DNA of 64,000 bases from assembly GCA_036785375.1 (NCBI GenBank), contig JAWMAR010001182.1:62001-126000 (forward strand). The letters run 5' to 3'. Below are positions 1 to 11,845 of this stretch, piece after piece. Numbering within the stretch: position 1 is the stretch's first letter; each line of letters opens with the position of its first letter. The notes beneath the pieces were generated by a model. The model ran no database searches. It saw only the letters and a list, made by a program, of their open reading frames with translations, and was not told the origin of the DNA. This DNA comes from Leucoraja ocellata. Lineage: Eukaryota. The position numbers and the translations under genes are program-made.

Positions 1-398
1 TTCTGAAAATGACCCGTTCACTCCTACTCTTTGCTTCCTGCCTGTCAATCAATTTTCTATCCATGTCAACACCCTATCCCCAATACCATGTGCTCTAATT
101 TTAGTCACCAGTCTCCCGTGCGGCACCTTATCCAAGGCTTTCTGAAAGTCTAGATACTCTACATCCAATGGATCCCCTCCAACCATTTAACTTGTCGCAA
201 CCTCAAAAAATTCCCGAAGATTAGTCAAGCGTGATTTCCCTCTTCATAAATCCATGTAGACTTGGACTAATCCTTTTGCTATCCAAATTCCCCATTATTA
301 CCTCTTTATTAATTGACTCCAGTATCTTATCTACCACCGAAGTCAGGCTAACTGGCCTGTAAGTCTCCGTTTACTCTCTCGCTCCTTTCTTGAAAAGT
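1..398 (-). mobile_element. CR1 LINE RT fragment (degenerate)
   Basis: Reverse complement matches the PLFKKG..HGF..DFQKAFDKV region of the CR1 copies at 5548-7551 and 51171-52930. Confidence 0.75.
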
Positions 399-402
399 GG
401 GA

Positions 403-887
403 TGAGGAAGACATAAATAATTTGCCGGAATTATCAGGGGACCGGGGGTCAAATAAGATGGAGGAGCGGAGCGAAATGCATGTTAGTCGGGAAGTGGTGT
501 GAGGTAAATTGAATGGATTAAAGGCCGATAAATCCCCAGGGCGAGATAGGCGGCATCGTAGAGTACTAAAGGATGTAGCCCCAGAAACAGTGGATGCATT
601 CGTGATCATTTTTCAAAATTCTTCAGATTTTGGAGTAGTTCCTGAGGATTGGAGGGTAGCTAATGTAACCCCAATTTTTAAGAAGGGAGAGAGAAAACGG
701 GGAATTACAGACAAGTCAGTCTAACATCGGTAGTGGGGAAATGCTAGAGTCAGTTATTAAAGATGCGATAGCAGCACATTTGGAAAGTGGTGAAATCATT
801 GGACAGTCAGCATGGATTTATGAAAGGTAAATCATGTCTGACGAATCTCAGTGCATTTTTCGAAGATGTAACTAATAGAGTGGATAA
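403..887 (+). mobile_element. CR1 LINE ORF2 fragment, cut by gap
   Basis: ORFs KSPG..PEDWRVANVTPIFKKG and QHGFMKGKSCLTNL. Confidence 0.85.
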
Positions 888-1087
888 NNNNNNNNNNNNN
901 NNNNNNNNNNNNNNNNNNNNNNNNNNNNNNNNNNNNNNNNNNNNNNNNNNNNNNNNNNNNNNNNNNNNNNNNNNNNNNNNNNNNNNNNNNNNNNNNNNNN
1001 NNNNNNNNNNNNNNNNNNNNNNNNNNNNNNNNNNNNNNNNNNNNNNNNNNNNNNNNNNNNNNNNNNNNNNNNNNNNNNNNNNNNNNN
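888..1087. other. Assembly gap
   Basis: Run of N. Confidence 1.
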
Positions 1088-1834
1088 TATTTGGTTGTTC
1101 TCAGGGTACCTACGAAGATGCTCTAGACATGAGAAGAAAGCTTTCTACCAAAATGTGAACTGATAACGAAAGTAATTTCGGGACAAAATGTATGTCTCTT
1201 CTGCTGCTTGTGCCAATTTTGATATTCATGGCAATCAGTGTCCATTTGTAATGAGGCGCCACCTTCCTCAGATATATTTTCATAACTTGGTTTACCAACA
1301 AACCCTCCATCCGTTGAATTCAGCCGCCACGTCTTCAGTTCTCAGTGCCAATAATTCCACCATTCAGGTCCTCGACGGTTTCACCTCAACAGACGTTTCT
1401 TCTTTAAAACCATTTCTGAATGTTCATGTAAGTACCCCGGCCACAAATCAGCTTGAGACAATGATCATAAAATAATCCTTCCTTATTTGCTCATGGGGGC
1501 TTTCGGTTTTCAGCATAGGCTGTGGGCCGAGCATCGACAATGTGTCCAGAATTTAACTTTCGTGACCCACGCAACAAAATTACATGGCATTTTGCACAGA
1601 TTTAGATAAAATATAATTGGGAAGGAAGTCATATCTCGTCAGTGCCAAAAGTTACACATTAATTAGCTAAACTAATTAGAAAAGGAGATATAAAAAGTAA
1701 GCGCCATCTCGTGTCCAATGTCCATAATACACGATGGGAGCAAAAATTCCGTGCTGCTGTCTATTTGAACCATATATTATTATACCATAAATATATGACT
1801 TGTGACTGTTTTCCTATAACATTATGTATCATTA

Positions 1835-2109
1835 TCTATTATATATTAAAAGTCTGTGGCTGCCGCCGTCTGGCGTCCGTCCGGCTGCCTTTCTGCCTTT
1901 TGATTCGTTCCCTCGTGTGATTTCACAATGTCCAATGCCGAAATCTGTCCCGTTTCCTCCTCCTCCTCTACCCTCCCTCCACTCTCCTCCGCCCCTCCCC
2001 CCACCTGTGTGTTTGGGGGGTGGCTAATGTGAATGTGCTGCCGCAGCCCCCCCCCCCCCCCGCACATGCCGTTGGGTAAACAGACCCAACGGGTCTGCAC
2101 TTGGTCTAG
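1835..2109 (+). mobile_element. Non-autonomous Helitron-like element
   Basis: A|TCTATTATATATTAAAA 5' end; 3' hairpin CAGACCC-AAC-GGGTCTG (2081-2097), then CTAG|T at 2106-2110; no TSD. Confidence 0.75.
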
Positions 2110-2970
2110 TTATATATTAAAACTCTGTGGCTGCCGCTGTCGGTCGTCCGTCCGGCTGCCTGTCTGCCTTTTGATTCGTTCCATCGTGTGATGTCACAAT
2201 GCCCAATGCTCACAGATGTCCAATCGGAATGGATGTATTTACATATGCCTTTGCACTAGCCCCAGCCCCAGCCCCTGGTGAACGTTCCGTCGTGTGATGT
2301 CACAATGCCCAATGCCCAGAGACATTCTTGCCATAGAGGGAGTACAGAGAAGGTTAACCAGACTGATTCCTGGGATATCAGGACTTTCATATGAAGAAGA
2401 CTGGATAGACTCGGTTTGTACTCGCTAGAATTTAGAAGATTGAGGGGGGTCTTGTAGAATCTTATGTTTCTATGTTTCCCTCTCCTCACCCCTCCCCCTC
2501 TCACAGCCATCCCTCTCTCCCCAACCCCTTCACACTCTACCCCACCCCTTTCCCTCTCCCCCGCCCCCTTCCCTCTACCCCTCTGTCCCTCTTCCACCAC
2601 TCCCCCTAACCCTCCCTCCCCACTCTTCCACTTCTCTCCCCCCTTCCCCCTCCACTCTCCATCCCATTCTTTCCCCTCTCTCCCCCCACCCCTCTCCCCT
2701 CCATCCCTCCTCCCCTCCCTCCTCACCCCCCCCCTCCCCCACATCTCTCTCCCCATCTCCCTCTCTCACCCCCTACCCCGCTCTCATTTCCCTCCTAAAT
2801 CTGTCCTGTTTTTTCCTCCTCCTCTCCCCTCCCTCCCCTCTTCTCACCCCCTCCCCCCACGTGTGTGTTTGGGGGGTGGTTAGTGTGAGTGTGATGCCGC
2901 AGCCCCCCGCCCCCCACCCCCCGCAAACGCCGTTGTGGAAACAGACCCAACGGGTCTCCACTTGGTCTAG
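2110..2970 (+). mobile_element. Second Helitron-like copy with an internal CR1 fragment (~2320-2480) and a C/T-rich tract
   Basis: Repeats the 5' sequence TTATATATTAAAACTCTGTGGCTGCCG; ends AGACCCAACGGGTCT...CTAG|T at 2967-2971. Confidence 0.7.
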
Positions 2971-3479
2971 TATTATATCAAAATAATATAATGAATATAA
3001 TTGTGGGTAGGTATTTTGAATGAGACTGCCGCAAAGGTCCGGTCCTGAACGAGTCCAATTAATTGATGAGGGCAGTTCTTGTGGGTTCCCCCGTTTACTG
3101 AACCGCACTGACTGCCAGTGTGTAGAGTGGAAGGTCACGGCCATTGTGGGACTGGGGCAGTGCCAGACGGGGGGAAGGCTAAGGCGTCTTCCACTGACAG
3201 GAAATGCGTAAACCTAACCCTAACTCGCCCCCTTACACACCTGTCCACGGCTGGAGCTGGAGCCGCTTTGGGACCGGCTGCGGGCTTCGTACTCGTGCCC
3301 CCGCACCGCGTCCACCTCGGCCAGCACGCCCTTCCGGATCATCATGGTGATGACGGTGGGGAGCAGCACTGCCCTGCACGCCGCCCGTGCCGCCTTCAGC
3401 ATGCCCCCTCCGTCAGTCCGCCCGCTCGCTCGCTGGAATGCCGACCTAACGACAGCCCGACTGATCACTCGCACCAACA

Positions 3480-3750
3480 CACGGCCGTCCGAACACTCAC
3501 CGGCCGTCCGAACACCCACCGGCCGTCCTAACACCCACCGGCAGTCCGACCACTTTGAGCACCCACCGGCGGCGCGGCGGCCCGGCGGTCTGACAGCTCG
3601 ACCGATCCTCCACAGCATCCATCGGCCTACCGACAGCCCGATCGACAGACTGAGCGACTGACCAACTGACCGACGAAGTGACTGACTGAATAACCGACTC
3701 CCTGACCAACTGACTGAGCAACAGACCGGCTAACTGACTGACTGAATCTG
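3480..3750. repeat. GC-rich minisatellite (19-nt CGGCCGTCCGAACACYCAC x~3.5) plus degenerate (GACT)n tract
   Basis: Tandem units at ~3482-3555; GACT/GACC repeats at ~3645-3750. Confidence 0.7.
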
Positions 3751-4882
3751 ATCCTTATCCTAACCCTAGCTCTACATTTGTTATTTATCATTTGTATTTA
3801 ACATTTCGCATCATAACTTTATAAAGATAAATCAATTGTAAAACAACATGATCAGCAAGGTTAGCATTACCTTTATTCATTGGAAACCTTGCTATTGTTA
3901 GGAGGCAGCCATGATCCCAGGATCCTCGCTGACAAGCGACCATAAAACAAAGCGCGTCAATTTGCGTCCGACCTCAATGTCAAACGTGCATTGATTGGAC
4001 AATTACTACTCGGAAAACTGGAGGTTTTTCTCATATTTTATTTTAATGTGCAGCTTTTCATTTTGACGAATTCCAGGTATGATTTACATAGTATTTTTAC
4101 ACAATCTGGTAGTTCCATGAGTTGGGTCATGAAAGTGAACGAAAAGGCTCCTCGGCCCACAGCCTAGCTAACGCATTAACTTTGCAGCAGAGACATTTAA
4201 AGCGAAATGTGCGATGTTCATGCAAAGAACAGTAAGTACTGTAGCCATATATATTGAAAATGATATCGCAGGAAGTGATATACGCATTAAATGTGTTTGC
4301 GTGGAATGTCATAATTCTGGGATCTTTCTGACATTCATCACCCACTCACTCTGCGGCCGTGAAGCCGATGCGATGGGTGAATATGATAACATGGACGGCA
4401 TCAGCAACATTGCTCAAAATGAATATGAGTTCTGCGCGGTTTCATCATGAACAGCGGGTATGGGGGACGGGGGACGGGGGGGGGGGGGGGGGGGGGGGAG
4501 ATGAATGGAGAGGCAGTGAATGGGGTGTTTTATGGGCTCGAGTGCTTCTCGGAATCAATGTACCATTTGACAATGCACTTTTTTTCATTCAGTTAGTTTA
4601 GTTTTTCGCCACGTGAAAGCAGGTACAATGAAACGCTTGTGTTGCGTGCTGACCAGTCGGCATAAAGGCAAGACGTGATTACGATCGCGCTATTTACAGT
4701 GTACAGATAGATGATATGGGAATTATGTTTAGTGCAATGTAAAGCCAGCAAAGACTGATCATGGATAGTCCGATTTCAGGTATACATTAGGATACGAGCG
4801 GTTTAAAAACGCACGACTGCTCTTTCAAATATTCGTTGAATATTCTGCTTAACAATAAGCCTTCGACAATTAATGGGTTAGA

Positions 4883-5116
4883 TAATAATAATAACAATAA
4901 TAATAACAATAATAATAATCTTATTTATATAGCACATTTTTAGTCAACTTGCATTGACCCCAAAGTGCTTCACATAATTACATTACATTTACACACAGGC
5001 AAAGGTGGGTGAAGTGTCTTGCCCCAAGGACACAACGACAGTATGCACTCCAAGCAGGATTCGAAGCGGCTACCTTCCGGTCGCCAGCCGAACACTTAGC
5101 CCATTGCGCCATCTGT
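4883..5116 (-). mobile_element. tRNA-derived SINE with L2-like tail and (ATT)n end
   Basis: A box TGGCGCAATGG (5111-5101), B-box-like GCTTCGAATCC (5067-5057), GTGTCCTTGGGGCAAGACACTT core, tail GTGAAGCACTTTGG...GTGCTATATAAAT, then (ATT)n. Confidence 0.75.
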
Positions 5117-5547
5117 CGTAGATGTCAGTTGTCGTTGCGACATATACGAAGCGCTGTAGTTACGCGATCGTGCACTTGAGAGGCCCACCTCTCAGCATTA
5201 AGCAAGAGGCTTTGATATCTGATTTCTGCTAAATCGGCACATACTTCATATTAATCAAATATTTAAACGTTTTTAAGAGATCAAATCCGAATATTTATAT
5301 GTTTCGAGTGTGGAGCTGAACATCTGCAGTTGGAACGTTACTAGAGAGTATTCTGAGGTATGCGATATACATTAATTTCGATGGGCAAGGTCAGATTAGG
5401 GATAACCAGCAGGGTGTTGTACGTGGGAGGTCGTGTCTCACAAATCTGATTGGGTTTTTTGAAGATTGACCAAAATGATGAAAGGGTCGTAGATGTTGTA
5501 AAAAATGGACTTCAGCAATAACTCGACATGGCTGCGCTTGGGAGTTT

Positions 5548-7551
5548 CAAAGCAAAGGATGATGCGTACAAATTAGTCGGAAAAAGCAGCATACCGGAGG
5601 ACTGGGAGAAATTCAAAGACCAGCAGAGGAGGACAAATGGCTTAGTTAGGAAAGGGAAAATAGATTATGAAAGAAAACTGGCAGAGAACATAAAAACTGA
5701 CTGCAAAAGTTTTTATAGATATGTGAAAAGAAAGAGATTAGTTAAAACAAATGTAGGTCCCTTGCAGTCAGAAACAGGTGAGTTGATCATGGGGAACAAG
5801 GATATGGCGGACCAATTGAATAACTACTTTGGTTCCGTCTTCACTAAGGAAGACATAAATAATTTGCCGGAAATAGCAGGGGACCGCGGGTCAAAGGAGT
5901 TGGAGGAATTGAGTGAAATCCAGGTTAGCCGGGAAGTGGTGTTGGGTAAATTGAACGGATTAAAGGCCGATAAATCCCCAGGGCCAGATAGGCTGCATCC
6001 CAGAGTACTTAAGGACGTAGCTCCAGAAATAGTGGATGCATTAGTAATAATCTTTCAAAACTCTTTAGATTCTGGTGTAGTTTCTGAAGATTGGCGGGTA
6101 GCAAACGTAACCCCACTTTTTAAGAAGGGAGGGAGAGATAAAATGGGGAATTACAGACCAGTTAGTCTAACATCGGTAGTGGGGAAACTGCTAGAGTCAG
6201 TTATTAAAGATGGGATAGCAGCACATTTGGAAAGTGGTGAAATCATTGGACAAAGCCATCATGGATTTACGAAAGGTAAATCATGTCTGACGAATCTTAT
6301 AGAGTTTTTCGAGGACGTAACTAGTAGCGTGGATAGGGGAGAACCAGTGGATGTGGTGTAACTGGACTTCCAGAAGGCTTTCGACAAGGTCCCACATAAG
6401 AGATTAGTATACAAACTTAAAGCACAAGGCATTGGGGGTTCAGTATTGATGTGGATAGAGAACTGGCTGGCAAACAGGAAGCAAAGAGTAGGAGTAAACG
6501 GGTCCTTTCCACAATGGCAGGCAGTGACTAGTGGGGTACCGCAAGGCTCAGTGCTGGGACCCCAGCTATTTACAACATATATTAATGATCTGGATGAGGG
6601 AATTGAAGGCAATATCTCCAAGTTTGCGGATGACACTAAGCTGGCGGCCGGTGTTAGCTGTGAGGAGGATGCTAGGAGACTGCAAGGTGACTTGGATAGG
6701 CTGGGTGAGTGGGCACATGTTTGGCAGATGCAGTATAATGTGGATAAATGTGAGGTTATCCATTTTGGTGGCAAAAATAGGAAAGCAGACTATTATCTAA
6801 ATGGTGGCCGATTGGGAAAGGGGGAGATGCAGCGAGACCTGGGTGTTATGGTACACCAGTCATTGAAGGTAGGCATGCAGCTGCAGCAGGCAGTAAAGAA
6901 AGCGAATGGTATGTGAGCTTTCATTGCAAAAGGATTTGAGTATAGGAGCAGGGAGGTTCTACTGCAGTTGTACAGGGTCTTGGTGAGACCACACCTGCAG
7001 TATTGCCTACAGTGTTGGTCTCCAAATCTGAGGAAGGTCATTATTGCCATAGAGGGAGTGCAGAGACGGTTCATCAGATTGATTCATGGGATGTCAGGAC
7101 TGTCTTATGAAGAAAGACTGGATAGACTTGGTTTATACTCTCTAGAATTTAGGAGATTGAGAGGGGATCTTATAGAAACTTACAAAATTCTTAAGGGGTT
7201 GGACAGGCTAGATGCAGGAAGATTGTTCCCGATGTTAGGGGAGTCCAGGACAAGGGGTCACAGCTTAAGGATAAGGGAGAAATCCTTTAAAACCGAGATG
7301 AGAAGAACTTTTTTCACACAGAGAGTGGTGAATCTCTGGAACTCTCTGCCACAGAGGGTAGTTGAGGCCAGTTCATTGGCTATATTTAAGAGGGAGTTAG
7401 ATGTGGCCCTTTTGGCTAAGGGGATCAGGGGATATGGAGAGAAGGCAGGTACGGGATACTGAGTTGGGTGATCAGCCATGATCATATTGAATGGCGGTGC
7501 AGGCTCGAAGGGCCGAATGGCCTACTCCTGCACCTAATTTCTATTTCTATG
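5548..7551 (+). mobile_element. 5'-truncated CR1 LINE (family A), RT with in-frame stops at 6359 and 6914
   Basis: ORFs 5528-6361, 6446-6916 and 6968-7462 carry [25 protein letters not shown]; 3' UTR ends in TTCTAT repeats. Confidence 0.95.
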
Positions 7552-7597
7552 ATGCTCTGGAATGTTATACCGCATGGGATCCAACGAGGGAAATTAG

Positions 7598-7788
7598 NNN
7601 NNNNNNNNNNNNNNNNNNNNNNNNNNNNNNNNNNNNNNNNNNNNNNNNNNNNNNNNNNNNNNNNNNNNNNNNNNNNNNNNNNNNNNNNNNNNNNNNNNNN
7701 NNNNNNNNNNNNNNNNNNNNNNNNNNNNNNNNNNNNNNNNNNNNNNNNNNNNNNNNNNNNNNNNNNNNNNNNNNNNNNNNNNNNNNNN
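7598..7788. other. Assembly gap
   Basis: Run of N. Confidence 1.
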
Positions 7789-8159
7789 TGAAATAAAACT
7801 CAGAAACTCGTTGCGTCAAAGCCAAATACAGGTGTTAAGTAAATGTTCCTCTGCCAACCACGCCCACATTTGTCGAAAGATACACCGAGAAAGCCGAGTT
7901 GACGGAATTTTATTTCACAACTTCCTTCCCCTAAGATATAAACTTTGTTCTGTTTCCACTAAATTTCAACAGTTACTTCCAACAATGTGACAATAATATT
8001 ACAAACCATGAAGCGCAATTGACCCGCCCATTTTTTTATTCTAATGTAGACTGAAAATATCCTTTCCTTTATGAACCCTTCGCAAAATTGTATTTGTCTT
8101 GAATATTAATTGAAACGTTGTCTAATTATTTTGAAAGGATATTGAATAGTTGTCATAAG

Positions 8160-9430
8160 TCAGTCCCGCCATCCCGGGAGTTAAGATGGTGAACATAAGC
8201 TGCACTCCCTCAATAGCAAGAATGCCCTTCCTCAAATAAAGAGACCAAAACTGCGGTCTCACCAGGATCGCTTTGCTCCTTTACACACATCCTCTCGCTA
8301 TGAAAGCCAACATGCCATTAGCTTTCTTCATTGCCTGTTATACCTGCATGCTTACTTTCAGTGATTAATGTACAAGGACACCACTGTCTCGTTAACACTC
8401 CCCTTTTCCAAATCTGACACCATTCAGATAATAATCTGCCTTCTTGTTCTTGCCACCAATGTGCATAAACTCACATTTATCCACATTATACTGCATCTTA
8501 TTTGCATCTGCCCACGCACCGAACCAAGTCACCAGGCAGCACCATCGCATTCTCCTCGCAGCTTTCACTGCCACCCAGCTTTGTGTCATCCGCAAACATG
8601 GAGATGTTGCATTTAATTCCTTCGTCTAAATCGTTAATATATATTGTAAATAACTGGCGTCCCACGACTTAGCCTTACGGCACCCGACGGGTCACTGCAT
8701 GCCATTCTGAAAAGGCCCGTTATTTCCTGCTCCTTGCGTCCTGCCTGCCAACCAGTTATTTATGCGTGTCAATAACCTACCCCCAGTACAATGTGCTGTA
8801 ATTTTGCACACTAATCGCCTGTGGTGGACCTTGTCAAAGCTTTTTTGAAAGTCCAGTTACACCACACCCACTGGTTCTCCCTTAACCATGCTACTTGTTA
8901 CATCCTCAAAAATCCCGAAGATTTGTCAAGCATGATTTCCCTTTCATAAATCAATGATAACTCTGAACTATCCTGTCACTGCTATCCAAATGCGGTTCTG
9001 TTACATCTTTAATAATCGGCTCAAGCATCCTTCCCTCTACCAATGGCAACCAAACTGGTCTATAGTTCCCAGTTTTCTCTCTTCCTCCTTTATTAAAAAA
9101 AAGTGGGATTAGATTAGCTACCCTCCAGTCTGCAGGAACTAATTCAGAGTCAAAAGAACTGATCACCAATGCAAGCACGATTTCTCGGCCCACCTCCGTG
9201 GGTACTCTGGGATGCAGACCATCTGTCTTCAGTCCCAACATTTTACCCAACACCATTTCATGACTAATGTGAATTTCCTTCAGTTCCTCAGACATGATAG
9301 ATTCTCGGTCCTCCAATATTTATGGGAGATTGTTTATGCCTTCCTTGGTAAGTACTTGTTAAACTGGTCTGCAATTCCTTGTTTCCCATTATAAATTCAC
9401 CTGTAATTCTGACTGTAAGGGACCTACATT
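8160..9430 (-). mobile_element. Old CR1 LINE fragment
   Basis: Minus-strand ORFs GLHPRV..VPADWRVAN..GNYRPV and MQYNVDKCE..KKADYYLNG. Confidence 0.85.
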
Positions 9431-9738
9431 TATTGCATCAGCTGACATGATATATCCACTAATATTAATATTTCAAGCCATGAATTTGCACTTGATACAT
9501 CGTTAGAGAGGCATAGAGTGATACCTACGGTAACAGCGCTTTGGGCCCTTGTTCGTGCCGACCAAGATGCCCCTAGTGTCATTTCCCCGCGTCTGTATCA
9601 TACGCCTTCCGTATCCATATACCTGTCCACATGTGTTTTCAATAAAGTACCTGTCATAGTACCTGCCACAACTACTCCCTCTGGCTGCACGTTCCATACA
9701 CCGGTCACTCCCTGTGCGAAAAAGTGTGTATGCAGTGC

Positions 9739-10015
9739 AAAGGACCTGTCCCACGAGCATGCGGCTCCAAGCGGCAAGCGCGACCTAACGTGGTCGCTTG
9801 AGCCGTACGACCCCGCATGGCCGGTCCCACTTCGATCGCCGGAGGCGTATGGAGTTGTGCGGAGCTAGTCCTGACATCGCGCGGGGCTCCGAAAAACTGA
9901 CCGTGTTCAAAAATTCCGCGCGGCTGCCGGTCCGCTGCCGCCTCGACGTCGTGTCACTGACTCGACCTCCGCGCGGCTCACGCTTCTGGTTTGGTCGCGC
10001 TTGCCGGATGACACC
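9739..10015. mobile_element. GC-rich MITE-like fragment
   Basis: Begins AAAGGACCTGTCCCAC, similar to the GCCCCTGTCCCACT termini at ~34006, ~48931 and ~55945(-); no matching second TIR seen. Confidence 0.35.
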
Positions 10016-11719
10016 AGGACTTTATGCCAAGATCTAAGAACAACAAATCACCTTCCGCCGGGGCAAGGCGCAAATTTCTGCACATAACATCCGAGTCTAC
10101 ATCTCTACTAAATCTCTCATCCTCGTCATTTGGAACACAATTGGGCATTTCGACGACTGTCTTGATTATATTGTCTCTCGTGAAAACGTTCAAAACTTGA
10201 AATGTCAAATGACAACATCGTTCGGTCCAGAGAAATAAAATATCCTGACCTATACAGTCTCTCTCAGGATTGAACCACCACACCAGTCCAGGCAAAAACT
10301 TTGTCATTAATACGCTGCCACCCCCAGTTTAATTGTATCATCGCTAACATATTGCGATCTGAACAACATTGCACGTGCGGCCTCGTCAACGTCCCAGACC
10401 AGGTGGTTAAACTCCACTTATATCCAACTGCGTGCGACTCCTGCCGTGAAATAAGCCCACACCTCCAGCTGGCTGAGGGAAAAAAATCTTACCATCCACA
10501 TTCAAATTTACTCGCATTGGTTGTAAGCAAATAGTTCATGAACAAGATGGAGAAAGGGCCCTGTTTCTGTGCTGTGTAACATGCAACTACCACTTACAGT
10601 GAGAGTTGGTTCAATATACCTGCCCCTCCCGTGAGGGGAAGTTGGCGCTGCGTGCCCTTTAAATATTTACTTATTGTAGAGACCTATACCTTAGGAACAA
10701 AATATAATACTTCAATTGATCACCTTGTCATATTTTAATTCTCCATAATTCCTCCTGTTTTGTTCGCTGCAGAGGGAAAAAGATTCTGCATCATCCAGTC
10801 CATCTCACAATTCGCTCTGTCCAATATTAGTGTGAGGAGAGTTGCATACTCCCTAGTTTAAATGGATCCTTAATTAATTATTTCGAAAATTAATATCCCT
10901 GTTCCTGTGCTGTACTGCTTTGTGAAGATTTCTTTTCCTTTGAATTTCTTAGTTTGAGTGCAGCAAACATGACACTTGTTTTTAGGTCAAGACTTTCTTC
11001 AAAATTATCTATCCCAAAACATGTACCGCCGGTCAGAGTCTCCTTAGCGGATTCAATCGGTTCTATCATCTTGCACATCAACATTCTTGATATCTCCAAC
11101 GGATCTATGCATTGAGAAGATTTCGCCCTAATATCTGGAGTAACATCAAAAGCTGGTCACCTCTATGTTTTATGAATTAACACATTTCTTTAAAGATAAC
11201 CTGTTGATCAAGAATATTTCTAGCCGCTGTTTATTTCCAGTGAGTTGTCACGTTACACATTATATTCGCCTATCCTTTACTTCATGCGGTGCCAACAGTT
11301 GAAAGGCATTAATGCTGCTGTTGTATCTGAATGTATACGATGTCTTCTGGAAGGTTCCCTGTGATTTACATCATTTAGACCCTGCCCTAAAATAATAATC
11401 ATTCCTTTTGAAAGATCAAATTATTAATGGGTACATGTTAAATGAATGGAACGGTGTCTGGAAAATGCATTACAAATGCTACAAATGAAATACTGTGTTG
11501 CATCGCAGCATGTGTAGACAAATACTACATGACATGAATTTTGCTGCATCTGTGTGCCACGCGTTAACATTTAAAAATAGAATGTGCAGTCGGATTTTAC
11601 AGTTCCTTTGTTCTGTTGGTGCTGAGCTGGTGCCTGAGTAGGGAGCGGTCGCATAATGAGTTTGATCGCTTTGCATCACATGGGAGCAAACTATTTGTTC
11701 ATCGGTCCAAAATAAATGT

Positions 11720-11770
11720 CCGCGGGGAGGTGAACGCACGCAGTACTTCACTTTTTTCCAGGAATATAAA
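11720..11770 (+). promoter_or_regulatory. Putative GPCR core promoter (GC-rich box + TATAAA ~80 nt before the ATG); TATAAA also at 24749, 40668 and 63131-63136(-)
   Basis: CCGCGGGGAGG followed by GAATATAAAT at the same spacing in all four copies. Confidence 0.45.
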
Positions 11771-11845
11771 TACAGCGCTGTTTGACTTCTCACTTTGACT
11801 TCTCTAAGTTTTGCACTGCATAACTGCGGACGGCTTGAAGGAATA

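Noticed and set aside
1290-1365. Minus-strand LRTEDVA peptide resembling Ig FR3
   Set aside because: No YYC, no upstream Trp/Cys framework, flanked by stop codons, no RSS.
2256-2883. Pro-rich and Gly-rich ORFs
   Set aside because: Translation of a low-complexity C/T tract within the Helitron-like element.
3480-3560. Short repeats as a CRISPR-like array
   Set aside because: Direct tandem minisatellite with no unique spacers, in vertebrate DNA.
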